Source: a virus
Taxonomy: Duplodnaviria > Caudoviricetes
Length of the DNA: 42,953 nt
Virus record (IMG/VR): IMGVR_UViG_3300037308_000189
Location: 1-42,953 of that record
Direction: 5' to 3' (one strand)
Part shown: piece after piece, positions 8,231 to 16,060 of the stretch
Layout of the letters: every line of letters starts with the position of its first letter
Numbering within the stretch: the first letter of the stretch is position 1
The notes under the pieces: model-generated
What the model was told of the DNA's origin: nothing
Databases searched by the model: none
The model's input: only the letters and a program-made list of their open reading frames with translations
Position numbers and translations under genes: made by a program

Positions 8231-9111
8231 CAGTTCCACCCTTCTGGTACAGGCTCCCGAAAGTCGGGCAACGCCGTCAGTCTGAACACAAATGCGCCCC
8301 GGTTTCCACTACCGCGCCACGTCCCGAGTCCGTTCGATTTTCCGAGGTCCAGGAGCTTCCACAGCGCGTCCTGGGTGATAGGACTGTCCTTTCTGACTCG
8401 CAGCGTACAGACCATTTCTGCGCCCGCAGGGAGGACTTCGCTTTGAGCGATGGCCGTGAGTTTTTTGCCCATACGCTCGAACATAATGGGACGCTCCTCA
8501 AGTACCGGCTTGCCCTTCGCGTCTCGTTTGATATCGAGGTCCGGACGCATGAATGCCTCAACGGCCTTGACGTCAAGAGCGCCGATTTCACCGCAACTCA
8601 CCTTACTCGTGACGATGCTTTTGTCACCATTATTCGTGATGATTTTCAGGTTCTCTTTGATATTCCCTAACACCATATGGGTTGAAATGATGGGCCAGTT
8701 GTCCTTGTCCTTCATAAACACGGTGGCCTTGGCAGTCTCGCCCGCGCTCACAAGTTCTGCGTATTCCGCTTCTAACTCCTTGGCATACTCCAACAACTCA
8801 TCGATGTCATCAGGCAATTCATCCCGTCGCCCGACGTGAGCTTGATACGCTCGGATCACGGCCTTCAGTTCGAGCAGTTCCTTTTCAAAGGATATCTCTG
8901 ATCCCTGGTATTTCTGCAGGCTTTTCTCTAGCTTGCCAGTGAGCTTGTTCGCTTTCGCGATCTCCTTCTTTGCTTTCTGCAAAACATGCTCATTATAAAT
9001 ACTTGCCTCGCAGCAGGTACCTAACATGTCAGTTTGCAGCTTGAGTTCAAGCTTGAAGTATGTCCAGTTAGGACCGATTGCGGGCTTTTCTACCTTGGTT
9101 GTTGCTTTCAT
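8230..9111 (-). CDS. Stand-alone Cas7/RAMP-superfamily RNA-binding protein
   Basis: RAMP motif order: beta1 YFKLELKLQTDMLGT; PIISTHMVLGNIKE (like P.IPGSSLKG..R); thumb region ERP...SEVLPAGAEMVCTLRV; C-terminal G-rich loop LLDLGKSNGLGTWRGSGNRGAF. Confidence 0.8.
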   Translation of the reverse strand: MKATTKVEKPAIGPNWTYFKLELKLQTDMLGTCCEASIYNEHVLQKAKKEIAKANKLTGKLEKSLQKYQGSEISFEKELLELKAVIRAYQAHVGRRDELPDDIDELLEYAKELEAEYAELVSAGETAKATVFMKDKDNWPIISTHMVLGNIKENLKIITNNGDKSIVTSKVSCGEIGALDVKAVEAFMRPDLDIKRDAKGKPVLEERPIMFERMGKKLTAIAQSEVLPAGAEMVCTLRVRKDSPITQDALWKLLDLGKSNGLGTWRGSGNRGAFVFRLTALPDFREPVPEGWN

Positions 9112-9311
9112 TCTTGGATCTCCTTGACTCTGGTTTCAACAAAATAATCGTTGTATGTTAGCGTGCATGGATACGTGGTACCGTCTTTTCGTGTCGCCAC
9201 AAAAGCAAAAACATACTCGACATTATCGCTTTCTATTGTCCCGAGATATTTTGCGTTTTCCTTAACTCCAGCGTACTCAATTGAATACCATTTATCCCTA
9301 ATTAACTGCAT
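9108..9311 (-). CDS. Hypothetical protein (first gene of the RAMP operon)
   Basis: GGAGG RBS; ATGA overlap with the RAMP-like gene. Confidence 0.65.
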   Translation of the reverse strand: MQLIRDKWYSIEYAGVKENAKYLGTIESDNVEYVFAFVATRKDGTTYPCTLTYNDYFVETRVKEIQE

Positions 9312-9392
9312 AAAACCTCCGCAAATTACAATGCCCCGACAGCAGAGGAGAGAGCAAACATTTATGTCCGTCCGAGGTGTCGGGGTGACGCA

Positions 9393-9422
9393 ATGCTAAC
9401 AGAAAACTGTCAAACTCGTCAA
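9393..9422 (-). promoter_or_regulatory. Sigma70-like promoter of the RAMP/array operon
   Basis: Minus strand TTGACG-18 nt-TAGCAT with a TGn extended -10. Confidence 0.5.
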
Positions 9423-9523
9423 CCAAAATGGATATGAGTTTTTTCGTAGTGTCATGCAAAAGGTGGGAGACACTACATGTAGTGTGTCAGAGTGGCGGCG
9501 ATGAGGTGAGTTGACGGAGAAAT

Positions 9524-9560
9524 GCCCTGGGAGTAGGGTAGGTCTTATTCCTCCCAGGGC
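9524..9560. other. Stable hairpin in the divergent intergenic region
   Basis: GCCCTGGGAG...CTCCCAGGGC, 10-bp perfect inverted repeat. Confidence 0.6.
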
Positions 9561-9737
9561 TCTCGGTAAGTCGCTGTCCGGCAAGACAGCAAGAGCTGTG
9601 AGACTCACCCCGAGTATAGCAGATTCGCACGGGGCGAGCAAACAGCGGAGGCCTAACAGAGGTTAAAAAGTCTAACGGCCCCTAGGATATGGTATTTTAG
9701 GAGAGCCGAAAGACTCACAGAGTTCTGTGAGGCCGGA

Positions 9738-11207
9738 GTGAGCGATAACCTGCAAGAAGCCCCGTGTCAAGTGTTCTTTGCGGATCCAATAGATCTATCC
9801 ACCCGTAGGATTGATCGAATACCAAAAGGTATTCTCCCTGACTTAATCCAAGGCCATGCCAATAACTGCAGTCGGTCCTCTGGTATCTCGATGGAATCCT
9901 ACGCTATGGCAATGCTATGCTGCTGCTCGGGAGCCATGCCAGACGGTTGGAAGATCCAATGCAATGCTGCAGGAACTTGGCTGGAACACCCTAAGCTATG
10001 GGTCTGCATGATAGCAGAGCCAGGAGTCGGCAAGAGCCCGGTCTTTAAGGAAGTCAGAAGGCCCATTGAAAAAATACAGTCCAACCTTGTTCGAGATAAC
10101 TATGCGAAACTAGCTGAATTTAAGATCGAGGAAGCAAGAGCAAAAAAACCAGGCAATACTGGCCCAATGCCAACCAGACCAAAAGAAACCTTGATCTACA
10201 TGGATGAGGCAACGCCAGCCTATGCAAAAGCAGTTCTCACAGACAACCCAAGAGGAATGATCTTGTTTACCGAAGAGCTGGACTCAATTCTTGGAGCGAA
10301 TGATCCCATGACTCGCGCCTGGGTAAACGACCTGCTCACTTTGTACGGAGGAGGCCAGAGGAGCAAGGGAACGAAGGAGGAAGGCACTAGAGTGGCAGAA
10401 AACTGGAGCGCCGCGTTCCTGACCACGGTCCAGCCCGATTGCCTCACCGACGCAGACAAGCGTTTTCTCCGAAAGGGTTTCCTGCAAAGGTTCATGATGG
10501 TGGCAATGCGCCGAGTTGCAGAGCCCGAGACGAATTTCGTTTACAGCACCGATCTGTACAAGGCTTTGATTGAGGCCCTTTGGCAACTTCAGGGGGAAAA
10601 AACCTTCCCTCTTAGCAGTGAAGCAAATGAAATAGCAACAGAAATGCAGAGGTTTTGCTATAATCTCACACAAAACCCATCGATCAACCCGAACTTTCGG
10701 CAGCACGTCGGGAAGTACTCTGGCCTGATCTACAGGCTCGCTCTGGTGATCCACGTCATCGAATACATCTGCAGTGGTGAGCCTTTGTCTTCGTGGTCGG
10801 AGGTGAGCGGCCAGACGATGCAGCGGGCTGATCGGCTGCTCCGTGAATATGTCATGCGAGGAGCGCAGACCTTCTATTCCGATGTGGTGCCAAATGATAG
10901 CTCGGAGGGCCTTGCCAGGGAGGTGTTGGCATACTGCAAGGGTGTGGCTGTCCACGGTCTGCCGGACGTCTCTTTGAAGTCCTTGTACGAGATTCCGGCA
11001 TGGAAACGATCTAGCCCGACCACCAAGACGGATGTTCTGGGGCTGCTCACGAGCTTGAATTGGATCCGAACGACATTGAGGCCGGGAAAGACTCGTCCCG
11101 TGACTACGATCATGTTTAACCCGGCAATGATTGAGATTGCACGCGAAGAACAAACCGAAAGGTTGTTGTCTCGCAGAGAAAACTCCGCCGCTGTGTTCGG
11201 ATCTTGA
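9738..11207 (+). CDS. DUF3987 (YfjI-like) P-loop helicase-like replication protein
   Basis: LWVCMIAEPGVGKS (Walker A), ATP, NPRGMILFTEELD, TVQP and GFLQRF motifs; likely C-terminal winged helix. Confidence 0.8.
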   Translation: MSDNLQEAPCQVFFADPIDLSTRRIDRIPKGILPDLIQGHANNCSRSSGISMESYAMAMLCCCSGAMPDGWKIQCNAAGTWLEHPKLWVCMIAEPGVGKSPVFKEVRRPIEKIQSNLVRDNYAKLAEFKIEEARAKKPGNTGPMPTRPKETLIYMDEATPAYAKAVLTDNPRGMILFTEELDSILGANDPMTRAWVNDLLTLYGGGQRSKGTKEEGTRVAENWSAAFLTTVQPDCLTDADKRFLRKGFLQRFMMVAMRRVAEPETNFVYSTDLYKALIEALWQLQGEKTFPLSSEANEIATEMQRFCYNLTQNPSINPNFRQHVGKYSGLIYRLALVIHVIEYICSGEPLSSWSEVSGQTMQRADRLLREYVMRGAQTFYSDVVPNDSSEGLAREVLAYCKGVAVHGLPDVSLKSLYEIPAWKRSSPTTKTDVLGLLTSLNWIRTTLRPGKTRPVTTIMFNPAMIEIAREEQTERLLSRRENSAAVFGS

Positions 11208-11219
11208 TAAAACTCCCGC

Positions 11220-11248
11220 TTGACAAAGAAAACAGCTCAAAATACCAT
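11220..11248 (+). promoter_or_regulatory. Sigma70-like promoter facing the origin candidate
   Basis: TTGACA-17 nt-TACCAT. Confidence 0.55.
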
Positions 11249-11284
11249 CGTAAGGTCATGCAATCCTTTCGAGATTTCCCACTT

Positions 11285-11641
11285 TCAAAAAGATAGTTCC
11301 GAGATAATTCCTAGATAGTTCCATAATAGTTCCATAATAGTTCCATAATAGTTCCAGGCATTTATTTTGCCATCAACTCTATGATATTACATCGATATCC
11401 AGGAAATTGATCAAGTTAGTTCTACACACCCCCTAGACACCCTGTGGAGGGGGCACACAATTCTTGACCTATAGCAAGCAAAATAGATCTTTCTCCAGGA
11501 ATGCCCTAGGACACTGGAACTATCTCCTCTACTATATATATAAGTATAAGATATTATTTAAATATATATATATTCTTTACGTGGAAAGATCCTGGAAAGA
11601 TCTAGGAATTATCATGGAACAATCTGGAACTATCTTTTTGA
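11285..11641. repeat. Putative replication origin: 11-bp iterons in two opposed clusters plus an AT-rich core
   Basis: Six tandem copies of (AG/TA)ATAGTTCC(A) at 11291-11356. Inverted copies at 11515-11525 and 11582-11635. A 16-bp perfect IR at 11285-11300/11626-11641. AT-rich tract at ~11531-11578. Confidence 0.75.
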
Positions 11642-11711
11642 CTAGGCCCCTTTGAGATGATACACAGTCATATGTCTTTAGGTACAGTCGTTTGGTAGAA
11701 ATGGAGGTAAT

Positions 11712-11894
11712 ATGCGAATTTATATGCAGAAAGACGTTGTACAGAAAGCGCTCGCAAAAGCGGGCACAGTGAAGGATCTTGCCAAGGCCCTGGACGTTCA
11801 GTGTCAGACGATCTATCGGTGGGCTGCCGGATTCCCCATGACCATGGCCTCTGAAGCAAAGCTGAAGGAGTACGTCAATGCAGCAAAGGACTGA
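11712..11894 (+). CDS. Cro-like HTH regulator
   Basis: AGTVKDLAKALDVQCQTIYRW helix-turn-helix; GGAGGT RBS. Confidence 0.8.
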   Translation: MRIYMQKDVVQKALAKAGTVKDLAKALDVQCQTIYRWAAGFPMTMASEAKLKEYVNAAKD

Positions 11895-12348
11895 AGGAGC
11901 CGTGTACGAGCTGCAGTGCATCCTTGGAGATGAGCACAAACACCAGAGCTTCCACATGACGCGAGAGGCCGCAATCGAGGAGTCGAATCGCTGGCCCAAT
12001 TGCCTGTGGGCTGTCTTTGACCACGGGTACCCAGATGGACCTTACCCAATAGCCTGGGGGCGGATTCACCTTGCCACGGACTTCTGGAGAAAACCCATTC
12101 AGTCCTATGAGGCATGGTTGCATGAGCGCCCAGAGCGGAAGATCCGCACCAATCCGGACACCACATCAGTGCGGGATCTGGCCGTCCTCCGGAGCATGCA
12201 GAAAACCGGAGATTGGCTCCACCCCCCGCAGGAGGGACCGCATACCGTGGAGACTCCGATCTGGAAAATCCACTACCAGGATGGCAAGGAGATAGGACGC
12301 GAGCTGTGGAATCCGAAGACGGAACAATGGGAGGGAAAACGATGTTAG
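11878..12348 (+). CDS. Hypothetical protein
   Basis: 156 aa ORF continuing the plus-strand operon; start uncertain. Confidence 0.55.
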   Translation: MQQRTEGAVYELQCILGDEHKHQSFHMTREAAIEESNRWPNCLWAVFDHGYPDGPYPIAWGRIHLATDFWRKPIQSYEAWLHERPERKIRTNPDTTSVRDLAVLRSMQKTGDWLHPPQEGPHTVETPIWKIHYQDGKEIGRELWNPKTEQWEGKRC

Positions 12349-12509
12349 ACGACGAGATGATTGAAGCCATACTTGAATGGGCAAAGAAAAAGCCCTGGTT
12401 TGACACGACATTTGTCGAGGAAATGGAAATGAAATCACTGCATGGTCCTTTGACGTCTGCGCAGTCCCTAGCCCTAGAAAACATCATAATGCGATTCCAT
12501 ATTAAATAG
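12342..12509 (+). CDS. Small hypothetical protein
   Basis: GGAGGG RBS before MLDDEMIEAILEW. Confidence 0.6.
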   Translation: MLDDEMIEAILEWAKKKPWFDTTFVEEMEMKSLHGPLTSAQSLALENIIMRFHIK

Positions 12510-12516
12510 TTTTCTG

Positions 12517-12545
12517 TTGCACCCCAGCCCCAACTGCGCTAAACT
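12517..12545 (+). promoter_or_regulatory. Sigma70-like promoter
   Basis: TTGCAC-17 nt-TAAACT in the intergenic gap before 12577. Confidence 0.4.
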
Positions 12546-12576
12546 CCCGAGGAACTCACACACGGGAGACTAACAG

Positions 12577-13254
12577 ATGCTGACATGCGCAATCATTGGA
12601 TCGCAGAAAGACGAAGAGAGGCAACTGATCCGCTACGAGGTGGAGGTATCTCTGCCACCCCTGTACCGGGAGGTTGTCACGTTCACCACTGCCGATGTGG
12701 GCTTTGCTCCGCAAGAGCTGAACAGGAGCCAGGACGCCGCTCGCAGGTTCGCCCTGCACGTGGCTAGGCGAAACATCGGGCACGCTGTCCAGGCCCTGCT
12801 GGGAGTCCCTGAGGAGTCGCGGGAGGTGCAGGCCCCCCAGTCCCGCCGCCGACGAACGAAGGCGGAAATGGGAGCTGCGCAGGACAAGGAGGAAAACCTG
12901 CCGCCCCTGGGAAAGCATACCAGTCCCCAATCATCCACGCTCTCGATGCCATGCGATACGTCATCGAAGCCTGGGATCACCCCCGAGCCAGGAAACAACA
13001 CTCATGCCCCCGAGCCGCAGACAGATACCCATATTTTCCGAAATTGCCCGGAGCATGAGGCCATCGTGATCAAGCTGGCCAAAGAGGCTTTCGGGCTCGG
13101 CTGGAGTGCAGACGCCGAGATCGTGGCGGCCGTGCGCAAATTCTGCCGCGAGGCCATCACGGCCCAAGTGCCGGCCGTTGGTCCCGGTGGTGAGGCTCAC
13201 CCCGAGCTGCGGCTGCTGTTCTCGGTCGCGTGCGGGAGCGTGAATCGTGGTTGA
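12577..13254 (+). CDS. Hypothetical protein
   Basis: 225 aa with GGGAG RBS; central low-complexity linker containing RRRRTKAEM. Confidence 0.65.
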   Translation: MLTCAIIGSQKDEERQLIRYEVEVSLPPLYREVVTFTTADVGFAPQELNRSQDAARRFALHVARRNIGHAVQALLGVPEESREVQAPQSRRRRTKAEMGAAQDKEENLPPLGKHTSPQSSTLSMPCDTSSKPGITPEPGNNTHAPEPQTDTHIFRNCPEHEAIVIKLAKEAFGLGWSADAEIVAAVRKFCREAITAQVPAVGPGGEAHPELRLLFSVACGSVNRG

Positions 13255-13459
13255 GCGTCGAAAGCGGATCCCCATTGCGAGCGTTGCCTACGTCAAAAAG
13301 CTGACCGAGGCCGGGATCGCCGATTTTGGCACAGCGGGAGATCTGGCGCGAGCAATTGGGGTCCATCATAATAGTGTGAGAGCGTGGCTTCATGGTAGGT
13401 GGGCACCGAATGCAAGCAGCTTTGTTTGGCTTCAAAACCGGTATGGAAAGATCCGATGA
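13247..13459 (+). CDS. HTH (XRE/Cro-like) DNA-binding protein
   Basis: TAGDLARAIGVHHNSVRAWLHGRWAP. Confidence 0.75.
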   Translation: MVERRKRIPIASVAYVKKLTEAGIADFGTAGDLARAIGVHHNSVRAWLHGRWAPNASSFVWLQNRYGKIR

Positions 13460-13700
13460 GCGGAAACCTTACGCCAGGATCGGGTCGTTCCTGTTCCTGG
13501 AGTTCGATAACTTGCACTTCGCTCAAGAGTTTATGGCCGGGTACCGTTCCGGCATGGCACGGATATGGCGCACCACCTACGAGCTACCAAAAAATGCTGA
13601 CACGCCGCGCAGAAGAGGAGTTAGGTTCGCTTGGCTCTGTCACCTGTACGGATCTAAATACGAAAACGATCAATTTCCCGAGGCATCATTATGTATGTAA
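13443..13700 (+). CDS. Hypothetical protein (frame uncertain)
   Basis: ORF MERSDERKP...; a competing frame exists at 13456-13704. Confidence 0.4.
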   Translation: MERSDERKPYARIGSFLFLEFDNLHFAQEFMAGYRSGMARIWRTTYELPKNADTPRRRGVRFAWLCHLYGSKYENDQFPEASLCM

Positions 13701-13832
13701 TTGATAGTAAACATGTCCGCAATCTGCGTGCATATGTATTGAAATTAGTAGCAGAGAAGACCGAAAGAAGTCATGAGATCATCGTGGAAGCTGAAAATCT
13801 GTTCGCGGAATGCTTGAGGAACGAGGTGCATC

Positions 13833-14177
13833 TTGGAGATTAAAAACCTCACGCCTCATGATGTGGTGATATTCCACACCGCAGGCGCGATCACAATTCC
13901 CCCGAGTGGCACCGTTGCACGGGTCAAAACCCGTAAGGTTCTGCGAGCTGCCATCGATCTGGGTGTCGTGCGCATCGGATGCTCTGAGATCGAGTCTCTG
14001 ACTGTTGACGGCCTGCCGGAAAGGGATCCCCACGCTGTTTGCATCGTGAGTACCTTCGTGGCCCAGCACCCCGCATGCCGAGGCCGGGACGATATTCTTA
14101 GCCCCGATCTGCACTCTGCGATCCGGGATGGCAACGGCAATGTCGCCGGTATTTCGGCTTTCGTGAGGTATTCGTGA
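13833..14177 (+). CDS. Conserved phage protein (NLTPH type)
   Basis: IKNLTPH...IPPSG.VARV...GLPE...IVS..VA...RD..GNV.G pattern, which I recognise from many phage hypothetical proteins. GAGGTG RBS before TTG. Confidence 0.7.
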   Translation: MEIKNLTPHDVVIFHTAGAITIPPSGTVARVKTRKVLRAAIDLGVVRIGCSEIESLTVDGLPERDPHAVCIVSTFVAQHPACRGRDDILSPDLHSAIRDGNGNVAGISAFVRYS

Positions 14178-14371
14178 GCGCCGTACAGAAAGACAAAGTC
14201 ATCGAGCTGTTGCTGCTCCAGGGTGTCAATTGCTATTATTGCGAGCATTTCATCAATGGCAGCGACGGGAACAGGAGAGAATGGGGATGCTGCCCCATGA
14301 AGGGCAACGCGATTTGCAAGCCGAAAGAGGAACTTTGCGAATGCTGGGAGAAGCTCAAAGATGATAATTGA
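14174..14371 (+). CDS. Small Cys-rich protein
   Basis: CYYCEHF...CC...C...CECW; GTGA overlap. Confidence 0.6.
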   Translation: MSAVQKDKVIELLLLQGVNCYYCEHFINGSDGNRREWGCCPMKGNAICKPKEELCECWEKLKDDN

Positions 14372-14690
14372 TGAAAAAATATTCGATTCAGTAATCGAAG
14401 AGGCACAACAACGATTTGACCGGGAAATTCCCGGTTGGGTCCATTACAAATTATTGGGAGCTGACATCATTCGCTGGATTCATCTGGAGTCAAAACGGAG
14501 ATCCGCCGAACGGTGTCGTTCATCCGAGACGATCCAGAACGTCCCCGGAAGAGCTGCGACAAGTCCCGCGCCTCTGGTGCCTGAGATCCTTTGCTCTGAG
14601 CAACGAGAGGCTGATAGCAAACAACACCCCCAGGATTCCGACCGATTGCCCAACTGGCTAGTGCGCCCGCCAGAAGCCCCCCGAGACTGA
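14361..14690 (+). CDS. Hypothetical protein
   Basis: Coupled to the upstream gene; its 3' part overlaps the convergent amidase-like gene. Confidence 0.45.
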   Translation: MIIDEKIFDSVIEEAQQRFDREIPGWVHYKLLGADIIRWIHLESKRRSAERCRSSETIQNVPGRAATSPAPLVPEILCSEQREADSKQHPQDSDRLPNWLVRPPEAPRD

Positions 14691-15195
14691 ACAACCTCCG
14701 CGAGTACATGATCGAATCGGGCCCCGTAATACTAAACGGAGATATAATGACCATTGTAGCATCTTCTCGCTGCAAAATCGGATAGCCTCCACCGTCCAAA
14801 ACCTTGGCTTTTTGATACCGCTGCGAGGTTGCCGTGCCCCAGGCTGTGAGGATCGGACACAGCCGCTCTGCGAGTTCTTGGCTTCCCTTCGAGGGTCCGT
14901 GGTAGACCATGCCGCCATTGATGCCAGGACGCGGCAAAGACTCGAAATGCAGGGACACGAGCGTGCCGTTTTGCTGCGCAGCCTCGCGCCGGTCGTGATC
15001 CAAAAGCCCGGCACCTTTGCGAGCGCCGTGCAGGATCTCCCATCGGATACCGGAGCGGATTAGCTCGGGCTCCATTGCCATTGCGAGGTCATAGGTCAAA
15101 TCAGCCTCGATCAGATACCCACACGTCCGGCCCGGATCCCATCGGTTATTCCCCGACCGACCATGGCCGGGGTCAACTACCACCTTCCAAGTCAT
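14467..15195 (-). CDS. Amidase_3-like (N-acetylmuramoyl-L-alanine amidase fold) protein, possibly degenerate
   Basis: VVVDPGHG, EADL and VSLH zinc-ligand motifs; the expected catalytic Glu position reads VIISPF. GAGGTG RBS before ATG 15195. Confidence 0.7.
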   Translation of the reverse strand: MTWKVVVDPGHGRSGNNRWDPGRTCGYLIEADLTYDLAMAMEPELIRSGIRWEILHGARKGAGLLDHDRREAAQQNGTLVSLHFESLPRPGINGGMVYHGPSKGSQELAERLCPILTAWGTATSQRYQKAKVLDGGGYPILQREDATMVIISPFSITGPDSIMYSRRLFSLGGLLAGALASWAIGRNPGGVVCYQPLVAQSKGSQAPEARDLSQLFRGRSGSSRMNDTVRRISVLTPDESSE

Positions 15196-15203
15196 GGCAC
15201 ACC

Positions 15204-15950
15204 TCACTGGCCGAAGTGTTTTTTTCGCCACGCCCTGAATGATTCATCGGTCGGCCAAATCAATACCGGGCAAGTTGTATTTGAGTACCAACGATGAATA
15301 CCCACATTTTCTGCCGGTATGTTGTATGTTTTCATCAGATGCTTCACCCAGGCCACAAGCTTGCCTTCCTGCACAGGGGTCAAACCCTGCTGGCTAGTGG
15401 TAGCCTCGATCTCAATACCAATTCCGTTCGCGTTCATCCTCGCGTTGCCCGCGTGCCAAGCCTTGTTGGCAAAAGCCACCATCTGAGTTACATGGCCACC
15501 ACGAGAGATCACGAGATGCGCAGACACACCAGAGTTTCTGTTTGCCAGCCAAGACACAGCGCCGTCGTAGCTTCCGGCAGTATTGTGGAGAATTATGTGT
15601 GTCAGAGTGGCACCGCGCTCACTGTAATTCGGGCTTGCGACAACGGTATCAACCACGGGCTTGAACTCTGTAGGCGGTACTGGATTGGTCGGAGGAGTGT
15701 TATTTTCCTCGCGGATCTTTTGCAGAGCGGCCCATGTCTTTGGACCACAGATCCCGTCGATGTCGTTGAGTGACCATGATGGATCGCTTCTCACCATTTT
15801 GATCTGAAATTGTAGAAGCCTCGTATAGAGATGCCAATCGAAAACACGAGCAGATTCAACCGAGCAACCGGCAGAAAATCCCGCGTCAAGAAGGTAATTC
15901 CTCAGTGTATTTACATCTTCTCCCAAGCTGCCCCATCGTAATGTATCCAT
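15204..15950 (-). CDS. Endolysin: peptidoglycan-binding domain plus Amidase_2
   Basis: TLRWGSLGEDV...DGICGPKTWAAL (PG-binding); SPNY..R, IILHNTAG, SAHLVI, AWHAG, GIGIEI, H..TTCP (Amidase_2). Confidence 0.92.
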   Translation of the reverse strand: MDTLRWGSLGEDVNTLRNYLLDAGFSAGCSVESARVFDWHLYTRLLQFQIKMVRSDPSWSLNDIDGICGPKTWAALQKIREENNTPPTNPVPPTEFKPVVDTVVASPNYSERGATLTHIILHNTAGSYDGAVSWLANRNSGVSAHLVISRGGHVTQMVAFANKAWHAGNARMNANGIGIEIEATTSQQGLTPVQEGKLVAWVKHLMKTYNIPAENVGIHRWYSNTTCPVLIWPTDESFRAWRKKHFGQ

Positions 15951-15966
15951 TTTAATACCTCCGCTG

Positions 15967-16017
15967 AAAAAAGAAAAAGTCGGCCCCCGCTAATGGGCGA
16001 GCGGCCCGAGGACCGAC
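15967..16017 (-). terminator. Intrinsic-terminator-like structure upstream of the endolysin
   Basis: GC-rich stems (GTCGG/CCGAC outer, CCGCT/AGCGG inner) followed on the minus strand by TTTTTCTTTTTT. Confidence 0.5.
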
Positions 16018-16060
16018 AATGCGGAGGATGGAGCCGCCGCATTGCCAGTGTGACACGGAC

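Noticed and set aside
8230-9111. Part of a type I/III/IV CRISPR-Cas operon
   Set aside because: No Cas5, Cas6, Cas8/Cas10/Csf1, Cas1/2 or CRISPR array was recognised anywhere in the apparently complete genome.
9312-9737. tRNA gene in the intergenic region
   Set aside because: No cloverleaf or T-loop GTTC motif recognisable by eye.
10284-11240. 318-aa minus-strand ORF
   Set aside because: Antisense to the well-supported DUF3987 gene.
11291-11356. Mini-CRISPR from the 11-bp repeats
   Set aside because: The repeats are head-to-tail with no spacers and are mirrored around an AT-rich tract, which fits iterons better.
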